Of a stretch of DNA of 32,000 nt, positions 1 to 8,611 are shown piece after piece. Under the pieces are notes generated by a model. It made no database searches. It was not told the DNA's origin and saw nothing but the letters and a program-made list of their open reading frames with translations. The translations under genes were made by a program, and so were the position numbers. Within the stretch, counting starts at the first letter, position 1. Each line of letters starts with the position of its first letter. This DNA comes from Candidatus Saccharimonadota bacterium (GTDB lineage: Archaea > Nanobdellota > Nanobdellia > Pacearchaeales > GW2011-AR1), in the NCBI GenBank assembly GCA_026002795.1, contig BPGA01000001.1:150001-182000 (forward strand), read 5' to 3'.

Positions 1-60
1 CGCTCTTCCTTTATGTTTTTCTAGCTCTCCTAAGGTTTCTTTAAGTTCTTCTTTATCCAT
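1..60 (-). CDS. First 20 codons of a gene that continues off the left edge; tentatively peptide chain release factor aRF1
   Basis: The reverse complement of 1-60 reads MDKEELKETLGELEKHKGRA with no stop. Its ATG (60-58) lies 1 nt beyond the valS stop. The L..L...KGR pattern resembles the aRF1 N-terminus (..KGRGTELISLYIPP), but only 20 aa are visible. Confidence 0.3.
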   Translation of the reverse strand, partial: MDKEELKETLGELEKHKGRA

Positions 61-61
61 C

Positions 62-2407
62 TTATAAAAATTCTACCTTAAAACTACCTTCTTTTATCTC
101 TTTTGCTTTATTAACATGTTTAAAGTCTTCAAGAATTTTTTTTATTTTTCTAAAATCTTCTTTTTTAAGATAGATTATACATTCAGAATTCATTGGTTTT
201 TTATTTAAAGTCTTTTCTTGTCTTACTTTTTTTAGTAATTCGAAAAATAATTCCAATTCTGAGAAATCTCTTTTTTTGAAATATTTAGGCCAAGAACATA
301 AGTGTATGCTTTTTTCTTTTTCATTTTTTTTATAATGTTTTTGATAAAGGTGCTCTGTTACAAATGGAGTTATTGGAGCAAACATCTTTAGTAGTGAAAA
401 AAATGAAGTGTAAAGAGTGTAGGCTGCTGATTGCTTTTGATTTTTGTTTCCATTGTAAATTCTCCATTTTATTATTTCTAGGTAATTATCACAAAAATCA
501 TGCCAAAAAAAATCTTCAAGAAGAGCTTTTGCTCTAGCATAATCATAATTTTCAAAGCTTTTTGTTACGCTTAAAATTAAATAATTAATTTTGTTTAAAA
601 AAAGAGCATCGAGAGCTTCAGGTTTTTTTGGTTTTTTTGGTTTTTGTTTTATTTGAGAAAATATAAAATTAGCTGCATTTATTATTTTTATAATAAACTT
701 TTTTCCTGTAATTATGTCTTTTTCTTGATAGTTAAAATCTTCTCCAAGTTTAGAGCCTGCGGCCCAGTATCTTATTGTATCTGCTCCATATTTTTGCATT
801 ATTTCTTGAGGTCTAACTATATTTCCTTTTGATTTTGACATTTTTTCGCCCTCGATTTTAACAAACCCAGAGATTGCGACATCTTTCCACGGGTTTTTAT
901 TGAAATGTAATCTTGATTTTAAGAGAGTATTAAAAAGCCAGAAAGTTATTATATCATGAGCCTGCGGCCTTAAGCTCATAGGAAAAAGTTTTTTTTGTAT
1001 TTTTTTGTTTTTTATAAGAGTTATAGCAATTTGAGGAGTCATTGAAGAGGTAAACCAAGTATTTAAAACATCCATTTCAGGAATAAATTCTTTGCTTCCG
1101 CATTTTTTACATTTTGATTTTGGTTTATCTTTTTGAGGATCAACAGGAAGTTGAGATTTTTCTGCTAAAATAACTTCGTCACAATTTTTGCAATACCAAA
1201 CCGGAAAAGGAACTCCAAAATACCTTTGGTTTGAAATTAACCAATCCCATTGTAGTCCTTTAACCCAATTGTCATACCTGTGTTTCATGTATTTAGGATA
1301 CCATTTAAGCTCTGAACCCCATTTTAAAAGCTGTTTTTTTAAATCAAGGTATTTGACAAACCATTGTTTGCTCTTTAAGAACTCAATTTCAGTACCGCAT
1401 CTTTCATGAACATTAACAAAATGTTTTATCTTTTCTTGTTTTATTAATAAGCCTTCTTTTTTTAGGTCTGAAATTATTTCTTCTCTAGCTTTTTTTATTG
1501 GCATTCCTGAATATTTTCCAGAAATTTCACTCATTTTACCGTTTTCAGTTATTGCTGTTTTAATTGGAAGATTGTAAGCTTTTTGCCATTCCATGTCTGT
1601 CTGATCGCCAAAAGTACAACACATAACTATTCCTGTTCCTTTCTCGGGATTAACTCTTTTATCTTCCATAATTGGAACTTCAAAATTAAAAAGAGGAACT
1701 TTTGCTTTTTTTCCTAAAAATTTTTTGTATCTTTTGTCAGAAGGGTGGTAAAATATTGCAACACAAGCTGGTAAAAGTTCTGGTCTTGTTGTTGATATAA
1801 CAATTCTTTCTTCATCACAATTAAAAACAATATCATTAAACCATGCTTCTTTTTCTTTATCTTGAACTTCTACTTGAGCAACGCCTGTCATACATTCAGG
1901 ACACCACATTGCAGGAGCTTCTTTCCTATAGATTCTACCTCTTTTATAAAGATCTAAAAAAGACCATTGAGAAATTTTTTGTGAATGTCTATCTATTGTT
2001 GAGTAGAGTATGCTGAAATCACAAGAAATACCCATGTTTTTCCAATCTTGTATGAATTTTGGAAGTTCTTCTTTTAGGAATTCCATACACAAATTAATGA
2101 ATTCTTGTCTTTCCATTTCTTTTGCTTTAACATTTTTCTTTTTTTCAACAAGTCTTTCTGTAGGCAGTCCATTATCATCTGTTCCAAATGGGTAAAAAAC
2201 ATTAAACCCAGACATTCTTTTGAATCTTGCAATAAAATCTGCTTGTGAATAAGAAAAAGCATGTCCAAGATGCATTTCTCCTGAAACAGTTGGGGGAGGA
2301 GTATCAATTGAAAAAATTTTCTTTTTTGAATTGTATTTAAAACTATATATTTTTTCTTTCTCCCAAAAGTTCAAGATGCTTTTTTCGTCTATTATTGCTT
2401 CTGTCAT
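62..2407 (-). CDS. valS: Valyl-tRNA synthetase
   Basis: 781-aa ORF. It has the class I HIGH region in the ValRS form (DTPPPTVSGEMHLGHAFSY) and the KMSKS motif (EKMSKSKGN). It also has the editing-domain segment TTRPELLPACVAIFYHPSD and CxxC zinc knuckles (CPEC, CKNC, CKKC). Confidence 0.9.
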   Translation of the reverse strand: MTEAIIDEKSILNFWEKEKIYSFKYNSKKKIFSIDTPPPTVSGEMHLGHAFSYSQADFIARFKRMSGFNVFYPFGTDDNGLPTERLVEKKKNVKAKEMERQEFINLCMEFLKEELPKFIQDWKNMGISCDFSILYSTIDRHSQKISQWSFLDLYKRGRIYRKEAPAMWCPECMTGVAQVEVQDKEKEAWFNDIVFNCDEERIVISTTRPELLPACVAIFYHPSDKRYKKFLGKKAKVPLFNFEVPIMEDKRVNPEKGTGIVMCCTFGDQTDMEWQKAYNLPIKTAITENGKMSEISGKYSGMPIKKAREEIISDLKKEGLLIKQEKIKHFVNVHERCGTEIEFLKSKQWFVKYLDLKKQLLKWGSELKWYPKYMKHRYDNWVKGLQWDWLISNQRYFGVPFPVWYCKNCDEVILAEKSQLPVDPQKDKPKSKCKKCGSKEFIPEMDVLNTWFTSSMTPQIAITLIKNKKIQKKLFPMSLRPQAHDIITFWLFNTLLKSRLHFNKNPWKDVAISGFVKIEGEKMSKSKGNIVRPQEIMQKYGADTIRYWAAGSKLGEDFNYQEKDIITGKKFIIKIINAANFIFSQIKQKPKKPKKPEALDALFLNKINYLILSVTKSFENYDYARAKALLEDFFWHDFCDNYLEIIKWRIYNGNKNQKQSAAYTLYTSFFSLLKMFAPITPFVTEHLYQKHYKKNEKEKSIHLCSWPKYFKKRDFSELELFFELLKKVRQEKTLNKKPMNSECIIYLKKEDFRKIKKILEDFKHVNKAKEIKEGSFKVEFL

Positions 2408-2429
2408 TATAAGTATATAAAATAATAAC

Positions 2430-2438
2430 TTTTAAAAA
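2430..2438. promoter_or_regulatory. Central TTTTAAAAA box in the 52-bp valS/secG divergent spacer (candidate shared TATA)
   Basis: The centre (about 2434) is 27 nt from the valS ATG (2407) and 26 nt from the secG ATG (2460). Confidence 0.3.
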
Positions 2439-2459
2439 CTATTTGAATTTATTATAAAA

Positions 2460-2615
2460 ATGGCTGACAATAGAGTAAGTGTACCAGCTGGTTTTGGTGG
2501 TTTATTGAGATTTGAAGAAGAATATGAAAGCAAAATAAATTTGAAACCTGAGCATGTTGTTTTTTTTGTTGTCCTAATTGTGTTTTTTAGGGTTGTTCTT
2601 GGGATTCTTTATTAA
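2460..2615 (+). CDS. secG: Preprotein translocase subunit Sec61-beta (archaeal SecG); 51 aa, absent from the ORF track
   Basis: Hand translation gives MADNRVSVPAGFGGLLRFEEEYESKINLKPEHVVFFVVLIVFFRVVLGILY*. This matches the archaeal Sec61-beta pattern (AGL.R....E..SKI..KPEHV followed by one C-terminal TM helix). It lies directly upstream of nac. Confidence 0.75.
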   Translation: MADNRVSVPAGFGGLLRFEEEYESKINLKPEHVVFFVVLIVFFRVVLGILY

Positions 2616-2640
2616 AATTAAAGAGTTTAATAAAATAAAA

Positions 2641-2991
2641 ATGCTAGGATTTGGAAAAGGTTTTGATCAAAAAAAGATGAATGCTTTAATGAAACAGCTT
2701 GGCATCTCGCAAGAAGAATTAGAAGCTGAGAGAGTGATAATAGAGAGAGCGGATGGTAAGATTATAATAGAGAATCCTATAGTTACAAAAATAAATGTTC
2801 AGGGGCAAGAGAGTTTCCAGATATCAGGAGAGGTAAAAGAAGAGAGTAATCTTTCTGGGGAAAATGGTTTCTCTGAAGAAGATATCTTAACTGTAATGGA
2901 AAAAACAAATGCTTCTAGAGATGAAGCAATTAAAGCTTTAGAGAAAAACAAAGGAGATTTAGCAGAGGCAATTTTAGAGTTAAGCTCTTAG
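2641..2991 (+). CDS. nac: Nascent polypeptide-associated complex protein (archaeal NAC alpha)
   Basis: The NAC barrel segment is ERVIIERADGKIIIENPIVTKINVQGQESFQISGE. The C-terminal UBA-like segment is EEDILTVMEKTNASRDEAIKALEKNKGDLAEAILEL. I moved the start to ATG 2641 because the track's TTG start at 2578 would overlap secG. Confidence 0.85.
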   Translation: MLGFGKGFDQKKMNALMKQLGISQEELEAERVIIERADGKIIIENPIVTKINVQGQESFQISGEVKEESNLSGENGFSEEDILTVMEKTNASRDEAIKALEKNKGDLAEAILELSS

Positions 2992-3060
2992 TTTATTTTC
3001 AACTGAAAAATTATTTTTTGTCACCAACAATTATATTAATTATAAAGAATTTATTTTTAT

Positions 3061-3516
3061 ATGAATAATTTTAATGATTTTTTATTAGAAGCAGAAAGGT
3101 CTTTAATTGCTGCTGATCATATGGTTTATGTTAGTTTTCCTTTAATAAAAGATAAAAGACTTTTGATAAAGGCGATACAAGAGATTAAAAAATCAATGTT
3201 TTTTTTAATAAGAGCAATTTTAGAAAGAGAAAATCAGAATAAAAAAATTTTAACAAATGGCGATTTAAAGTTGTCTTTCAAGAATTTAAAAGACAGCATA
3301 GCAAAAAAGTATAATCTATCAAATAATGACTTAGTTTTAATTTCTGAAATTTTTGAAATATCTGAATTTTATAAAGAAAGCTCATTTGAATTTATAAGAG
3401 GTAATAAAGTTGTTTTTTTAACAGAGGATTTAAAGCCTGTTTCTATATCTATTGAAAAAATTAAAGAGTTAATTGTTTTTTCTAAAGGCCTTATAAAAAG
3501 AGTTAAAGAGAAGTAA
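3061..3516 (+). CDS. Uncharacterised helical protein, paralog A of a tandem pair
   Basis: 151-aa ORF with an A/T box about 27 nt upstream. It shares AADHMVYVSF / SADHLLYVSF and FEFIRGNKVV / GEFRKNVTLKV segments with the next gene. I recognise no family. Confidence 0.6.
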   Translation: MNNFNDFLLEAERSLIAADHMVYVSFPLIKDKRLLIKAIQEIKKSMFFLIRAILERENQNKKILTNGDLKLSFKNLKDSIAKKYNLSNNDLVLISEIFEISEFYKESSFEFIRGNKVVFLTEDLKPVSISIEKIKELIVFSKGLIKRVKEK

Positions 3517-3661
3517 AAAACCATGATTCTTTTAGTGTTTATTTAAAGATTTTTTGTAGATTTTTAAAATTAGTGTATATATGTGTATAGCTTATCGAGG
3601 AAAAATATAAAAAGGCATTTTCCTTATTAATTATTAGCTCTATTTTGTGGTAGTAAAAGTT

Positions 3662-4093
3662 ATGGAAGACTTAATTAGAGAGAAAATAAGTGCAGATCAT
3701 CTTTTGTATGTTAGTTTTAAATACACAAAAACCTGTGATGTAATTTTGAATCTAATTCTTAGATGGAGAAAGATGATAGAAAGGGGTATAGATTATGCTT
3801 TAAAAAGATCAAAGGAGAAAAAGAAAATTTCTAAAATTCCTGAGAGTCCTGTAGGAAAAATTGATTTAGTTAAAAAACTTTTTAGTAAAAATGAGGACAT
3901 TATGAAGGTTATTGAGATGTATGAACTTTTCAGAAAAATTGAATCTTTGCCAAAAGAAAGAATTGGAGAATTTAGAAAAAATGTGACTTTAAAAGTTATT
4001 TATGAAGGTAAAGAAATAAACATAAATACAGAAAAATTAAAAGAGTACTCTGATAACCTCGAAAAATTTGTAAACACCTTAAAAGTTTTATGA
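3662..4093 (+). CDS. Uncharacterised helical protein, paralog B of a tandem pair
   Basis: Similar in length and collinear with 3061-3516. I prefer ATG 3662 (MEDLIREK...) to the track's GTG at 3647; either is possible. Confidence 0.55.
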   Translation: MEDLIREKISADHLLYVSFKYTKTCDVILNLILRWRKMIERGIDYALKRSKEKKKISKIPESPVGKIDLVKKLFSKNEDIMKVIEMYELFRKIESLPKERIGEFRKNVTLKVIYEGKEININTEKLKEYSDNLEKFVNTLKVL

Positions 4094-4211
4094 TGGCTGT
4101 TGGAATGTGTTAATTGAATAGAATGTTTTAATTGAATATTGAAGTTATTAAATTTAAAATTATAATAAGGTTTAAAAATTTGTTCTTGTTTTTAAAGATT
4201 AATATAGAAAA

Positions 4212-4985
4212 ATGTCAAAAATAATTGTGATAACTTCTGGAAAGGGTGGTGTTGGAAAAACAACAACTGCTGTGAACTTAGCTGCTGCGTTAAGGTATTT
4301 TGGAAAAGATGTGCTTATTGTTGATGGTAATTTATCAACTCCAAATGTTGGTATACATTTAAATGCACATACAGTTCCTGTAAGTTTAAATCATGTTTTA
4401 AGAGGAATCGCACATCCAATGGAAGCTGTTTATGAACATGAAACCGGAATAAAAGTTATGCCTGCTTCTCTTTCAATAAAAGAGCTAAAAAAAACAAGAG
4501 CAGAAAGATTAAAATCTTTTAGAACTGATTTTAAAAGGATAGCTCCTTATGTGATTGTTGATTGTGCTGCTGGTTTAGGTAATGAGGCTGTTTGCGCTAT
4601 AGAGGCTGCTGATGAGGTTATAATTGTAACAAACCCAGAGTTGCCTGCTATAACAGATGCATTAAAAACAATAAAGTTAGCTGAACAGTTAAAAAAACCA
4701 GTAATAGGAGGTATTGTAACAAGAGTTCAAAAAACAGAATCAGAGCTTGAGCCAGAAGTTGTAAAAGAGATGTTAGAGGTACCTGTTATAGGAATGGTTC
4801 CAGAAGATGAGCATGTTAAAAAATCAATAAAAGAAAAAAAACCAGTTGTACATAGGCATCCAAGAAGCAAAGCTGCTCGTGCTTACAAAGAAATAACTGC
4901 AAAACTTTTTAATTTTCCTTACGATTCTAAAAAAGAAAGAGAAAAATTGTTTCATAAGATAGCTAAATGGTTTAGTTTTAAGTAG
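4212..4985 (+). CDS. minD: MinD/ParA-family (SIMIBI) ATPase, archaeal MinD-like
   Basis: N-terminal deviant Walker A (ITSGKGGVGKTTTAVNLA) and a Walker B-like segment (YVIVDCAAGL). The 257-aa length is typical. Confidence 0.85.
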   Translation: MSKIIVITSGKGGVGKTTTAVNLAAALRYFGKDVLIVDGNLSTPNVGIHLNAHTVPVSLNHVLRGIAHPMEAVYEHETGIKVMPASLSIKELKKTRAERLKSFRTDFKRIAPYVIVDCAAGLGNEAVCAIEAADEVIIVTNPELPAITDALKTIKLAEQLKKPVIGGIVTRVQKTESELEPEVVKEMLEVPVIGMVPEDEHVKKSIKEKKPVVHRHPRSKAARAYKEITAKLFNFPYDSKKEREKLFHKIAKWFSFK

Positions 4986-5106
4986 CTTAAATTTTAAGTT
5001 ATTTAATTGATTTTAGTTTGTTTGATGTGTGGATTTAAATTATAAAGTTATTTATTGGAGTTATTTATTGATCTGTGTTAAAAGTCTTTTTTTGTTGAAT
5101 TTAGTT

Positions 5107-5123
5107 AAGAATAAACTTAAAAA
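5107..5123 (+). promoter_or_regulatory. Promoter-like motif AAGAATAAACTTAAAAA upstream of the tRNA-binding-domain gene
   Basis: The CTT of the motif is 29 nt upstream of ATG 5145. Confidence 0.35.
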
Positions 5124-5144
5124 GATAGATTTTTTGTAAATTAA

Positions 5145-5489
5145 ATGGAAAAAGAAACAATTCCTTTTTCAGAATGGCAAAATATTGATTTAAGAGTTGG
5201 AAGAATAATTAAAGTAGATGATATCGAAGGAGCTGACAGACTATATAAGTTAACTGTTGATTTAGGAAAAGAAATTGGAAAGAGAACATTAATTGCTGGG
5301 ATAAAACAACATTACACAAAAGAGCAATTAAAAGGAAAACAGTGTGTTGTCTTTACAAATCTTGAAAAAAAGAAAATAAAAGGTATAGAAAGTCACGGAA
5401 TGATTTTAGCTGCTGTTTCTAAAGACGAAAGCAAAGTTTTTTTGTTGCAGCCAGATGAAGAAATTGAAGAGGGAAGCAGAATAATGTAA
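5145..5489 (+). CDS. Stand-alone tRNA-binding domain protein (Trbp111/CsaA/MetRS C-terminal type OB fold)
   Basis: The segment IDLRVGRIIKVDDIEGADRLYKLTVDLGKEIGKRTLIAGIKQHY...GKQCVVFTNLEKKKIKGIESHGMILAA is the characteristic tRNA_bind signature. Confidence 0.85.
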   Translation: MEKETIPFSEWQNIDLRVGRIIKVDDIEGADRLYKLTVDLGKEIGKRTLIAGIKQHYTKEQLKGKQCVVFTNLEKKKIKGIESHGMILAAVSKDESKVFLLQPDEEIEEGSRIM

Positions 5490-5706
5490 GAGTTTTAAAA
5501 TTAATATAGAGTTAAAAGCTATTTCTAAATTATAGTATGATTCAAGTGGCATAAAATATAATTAAACAAATAATACAAACAAAACACAAAAGAAAACATC
5601 ACATTAATTGTGTTAATCAAAAATAAGTTAGTTATTTGATAAAGTAAATTAAGCTAGGATATCATTAGGTGTTATGTTTCCTCCACTTGAAGGAGGGTTT
5701 GGTGTT

Positions 5707-7005
5707 TCACTGTAGTCTTGCACAAATTGCATATGCGGTGCCGTTACCCCTTCCGCTAAATCTACACTCCCAACCATACGTTGGGAATAAGAAGCCATAT
5801 TTAACTGGGTGTGAGCTTTCTATAGAATAACCAGATAGTTCATTATCACAACCACCTCCAATAACCCTTTTTCTGCTACTACAATAAGCTGTAGCCGAAA
5901 ATGAATTTGGTGGAACGTCAGCTGATATTATTTCATAGCCAATAACTAACATATTTCCAACACTCAATGACCCAGAAATGTCTGCACTTCCAACAACACT
6001 TAATCTGTTTGTTGGGCTTGTTGTTCCTATACCAACATTATCTTTAAAGATTGCTGAAGCTGTATTTGGTTCTGTTTTCCATGAGCAATTTTGTTGGGCT
6101 TCACAATAGGATTTGTTAGTATTATAATTGGAACAAGAATTTGGTGTTCCTGTACAGACTTCTGCACTAGTATAATATGTACCGGTACAAAGGCCTTCTG
6201 ATCCAAAACCACCCCCACCAATAGGATACCAAGTACATCCTGATTTACTTTCACAAGATGCTTGATCAACAAAGCCACTACAGTCTTGAGGTATTAGTAT
6301 AGTCTCCCACGAACACCCGCCTTGTGCAGTACATTGAGCCTTATTAGTAAAGGAAGAACAACTAGTTGGTGTGCCTTCACAGAAAGATTTGGTCTTAGTA
6401 AAACTAGAATCAACATGAAGTGTTGCTTGCGGATCAGTTGTACCAATGCCGACTCTGCTGCTGCCGCTGTTGTTAACTAATGCTAAAAGTGTTGGTTGGT
6501 TTTCTCCTGGAAAGAATCCTAAAACACCAAAACCATTTCTTACTCTCCATTCGTTGTATCCTTGTGAAGTAAAGATAATCCTAGGACCGTCTGGATCACC
6601 ACTTGTTAAAGTTATACTACCACTAACATCTAATGTTGTTTGTGGAGTTGATGTACCAATGCCTACTTTTCCATTATTGTAGTAAATATTAGAACCAGAA
6701 GCAATCCAAACACTGTCTCCTCCTGAAGGAACACTAATACTCTCACAAACCCAATTCGTTCCATCAAACTTCAAAAATTGATTTGCGTCACAAGGATTTG
6801 GCGGTCCTATTGATTGGATGTTATGCCCTGGATTTGGTGTTTCACCAGCACCTAATGCAAAAACACCTAAACCAACAACGATTAAAGCAAAAACAGCAAT
6901 AATTGTATAAGCAAGTTTATTTGAAATTTTTTTGTTAAGTAAAGAAAAAAATCCTGACTTATTTTTTAATGTTTTTGTTGATTTAAAACCTCTTTTTCTT
7001 GACAT
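5707..7005 (-). CDS. Membrane-anchored surface protein with VGIGT repeats and Cys-rich modules
   Basis: 432-aa ORF with a basic N-terminus and one TM helix (LAYTIIAVFALIVVGLGVFAL). It has three (K/R/N)VGIGT(S/T)xP...L.V.(G/S)S motifs and three C..C..(G/N)C(S/T)W modules. The C-terminal domain is Cys-containing. The gene looks GC-richer than its flanks by eye. Confidence 0.7.
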   Translation of the reverse strand: MSRKRGFKSTKTLKNKSGFFSLLNKKISNKLAYTIIAVFALIVVGLGVFALGAGETPNPGHNIQSIGPPNPCDANQFLKFDGTNWVCESISVPSGGDSVWIASGSNIYYNNGKVGIGTSTPQTTLDVSGSITLTSGDPDGPRIIFTSQGYNEWRVRNGFGVLGFFPGENQPTLLALVNNSGSSRVGIGTTDPQATLHVDSSFTKTKSFCEGTPTSCSSFTNKAQCTAQGGCSWETILIPQDCSGFVDQASCESKSGCTWYPIGGGGFGSEGLCTGTYYTSAEVCTGTPNSCSNYNTNKSYCEAQQNCSWKTEPNTASAIFKDNVGIGTTSPTNRLSVVGSADISGSLSVGNMLVIGYEIISADVPPNSFSATAYCSSRKRVIGGGCDNELSGYSIESSHPVKYGFLFPTYGWECRFSGRGNGTAYAICARLQ

Positions 7006-7112
7006 TTTTAATCTGTTATTAATTTAAACTATAATGATTTTAGGTATTTAAATATTTTTGTTTGTTTTTTATAGCATGAATAGTTAGCATGAATAGTTAA
7101 ACTTTAATGGCA

Positions 7113-8540
7113 CTAATTAAACTTTTTAAATAAAATTTCACTTTTCTTGACTTTTTTTATAGAGATGGGCTTTTTTATATTTTCAAATTTTATTTTAAAC
7201 TTAAGTGTTTTTGCAATTTTTTCGCTTGTTTCTGGAATAAAAGGCCAGAGAAGAATTGAGATTGCTTTTACAGAATCTAAAACTTGATAGATTTGTTTTT
7301 TATTTTCTTTTTTTGCTTCCCAAAGTTTATTTTTTTGTATGTATTCATTACAAAGATCTATAAATGAAAAAATTTCATTTAATGCTTTATCAAAAGAGTA
7401 GCTTTTAATATATTTTTCAATTTCTTTAATTTTTAAGTTTTTTAATAAATTATTCTTTGTCTTTTCAATTCCAAATTTTTCAGCTAAACTTGTTATTCTC
7501 GTTACTAAATTTCCAAATTTATTTGCAAGCTCATTGTTGTGTCTTTCAATTAAAGACTTTTCTGAGAAATCTCCATCTTCTCCTAAAACAAAATTTCTTA
7601 GAATGTAATATCTTATTGAATCAGAACCATATTTTTTTGTTAAATATTCTGGAGATATTACGTTTCCAAGAGTTTTGCTTATTTTTTGTCCGTTAAAAGT
7701 TAAAAACCCGTGAATAAAAACTGTTTTTGGAAGTTTATAGTTTGCTGCAATTAACATTGCGGGCCATATAACCGCATGAAACCAACCGTTATCTTTTCCA
7801 AGCAAATGAACATCTGCTGGCCAAAACTTTTGTTTTTTTCCAGAGCCAGAAAGATAATTAAGAAGAGCATCAAACCATACATAAACAACATGACCTTTAT
7901 CAAATGGAAAAGCAATCCCCCATTTCAAATTTTTTCTTGTTATACTTAAATCCTGGAGCCCTTCTTTAACTCTTGAAACAATCTCGTTTTTTCTTTCTAT
8001 TGGAAGAATAAAATCTTTTTTTTTGTAAAGATTTAAAAGTTTTTTTCGATAGGCAGAAAGTTTAAAGTAGTATGTTTCTTCTTCAAAAATTTCAAGTTTT
8101 TTTCCTGGATGAAACTGACACTCTCCATTTATAAGATCTTTTTCTGTGTAAAACCTTTCGCAACCAACACAATAAAGCCCAGAGTATTTTCCTTTATAAA
8201 TATCTTTTTTAATTTTTTTTATAAAATTTTGAACAAAGATTTCATGATCTTTGTCTGTTGTCCTGATAAATCTATCATAACTTATGTTTAAGCATTTCCA
8301 AGCTTCTTTAAATTTTATAGACATTTTATCAACAAACTCTTTCTCAGATAAACCGAAATTTTTAGCGCTTTCAGAAATTTTTTGACCGTGTTCATCTGTG
8401 CCTGTTAAATAAAAAACTTCAAAGCCCTTTAACCTGTACCATCTCGCAAGTACATCAGCAATTATTTTTTGATAAGCATGCCCTATATGAGGCTCTGCAT
8501 TTACATAATCTATTGCTGTAGTAACATAAAACTTTTTCAT
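7113..8540 (-). CDS. metG: Methionyl-tRNA synthetase, core enzyme without a C-terminal tRNA-binding appendix
   Basis: HIGH region (AIDYVNAEPHIGHAYQKIIADV), LTGTDEHGQKI, a CxxC knuckle (YCVGCERFY) and a KMSKS variant (KISKTLGN). It is 475 aa long. An A/T box lies about 25 nt upstream of the ATG. Confidence 0.92.
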   Translation of the reverse strand: MKKFYVTTAIDYVNAEPHIGHAYQKIIADVLARWYRLKGFEVFYLTGTDEHGQKISESAKNFGLSEKEFVDKMSIKFKEAWKCLNISYDRFIRTTDKDHEIFVQNFIKKIKKDIYKGKYSGLYCVGCERFYTEKDLINGECQFHPGKKLEIFEEETYYFKLSAYRKKLLNLYKKKDFILPIERKNEIVSRVKEGLQDLSITRKNLKWGIAFPFDKGHVVYVWFDALLNYLSGSGKKQKFWPADVHLLGKDNGWFHAVIWPAMLIAANYKLPKTVFIHGFLTFNGQKISKTLGNVISPEYLTKKYGSDSIRYYILRNFVLGEDGDFSEKSLIERHNNELANKFGNLVTRITSLAEKFGIEKTKNNLLKNLKIKEIEKYIKSYSFDKALNEIFSFIDLCNEYIQKNKLWEAKKENKKQIYQVLDSVKAISILLWPFIPETSEKIAKTLKFKIKFENIKKPISIKKVKKSEILFKKFN

Positions 8541-8611
8541 AAAATAAAGAAATAAAGAGTGTATAAAAATTTATTCTAGTTATTTAAAATTGTTAGAATT
8601 AATTGTTAGAA

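Noticed and set aside
4110-4138. Direct repeat TTAATTGAATA x2 (18-bp spacing) upstream of minD. The same AATTGAATA core occurs in the hairpin upstream of ftsZ (25306-25314), which might suggest a shared cell-division regulon motif.
   Set aside because: An A/T-rich 9-mer with one G is expected about twice by chance in 32 kb of this composition on both strands. The distances to the two starts differ (about 90 versus about 150 nt). This is not enough evidence without genome-wide enrichment.
5676-5697. GTTTCCTCCACTTGAAGGAGGG, a 5-bp hairpin (CCTCC/GGAGG) whose reverse complement faintly resembles an archaeal origin recognition box (TCCAGTGGAAAC).
   Set aside because: There is only one copy, no cdc6/orc1 nearby and no flanking repeat set. 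The match to the ORB consensus is interrupted. It more likely lies by chance after the surface-protein stop, or acts there as a weak terminator hairpin.
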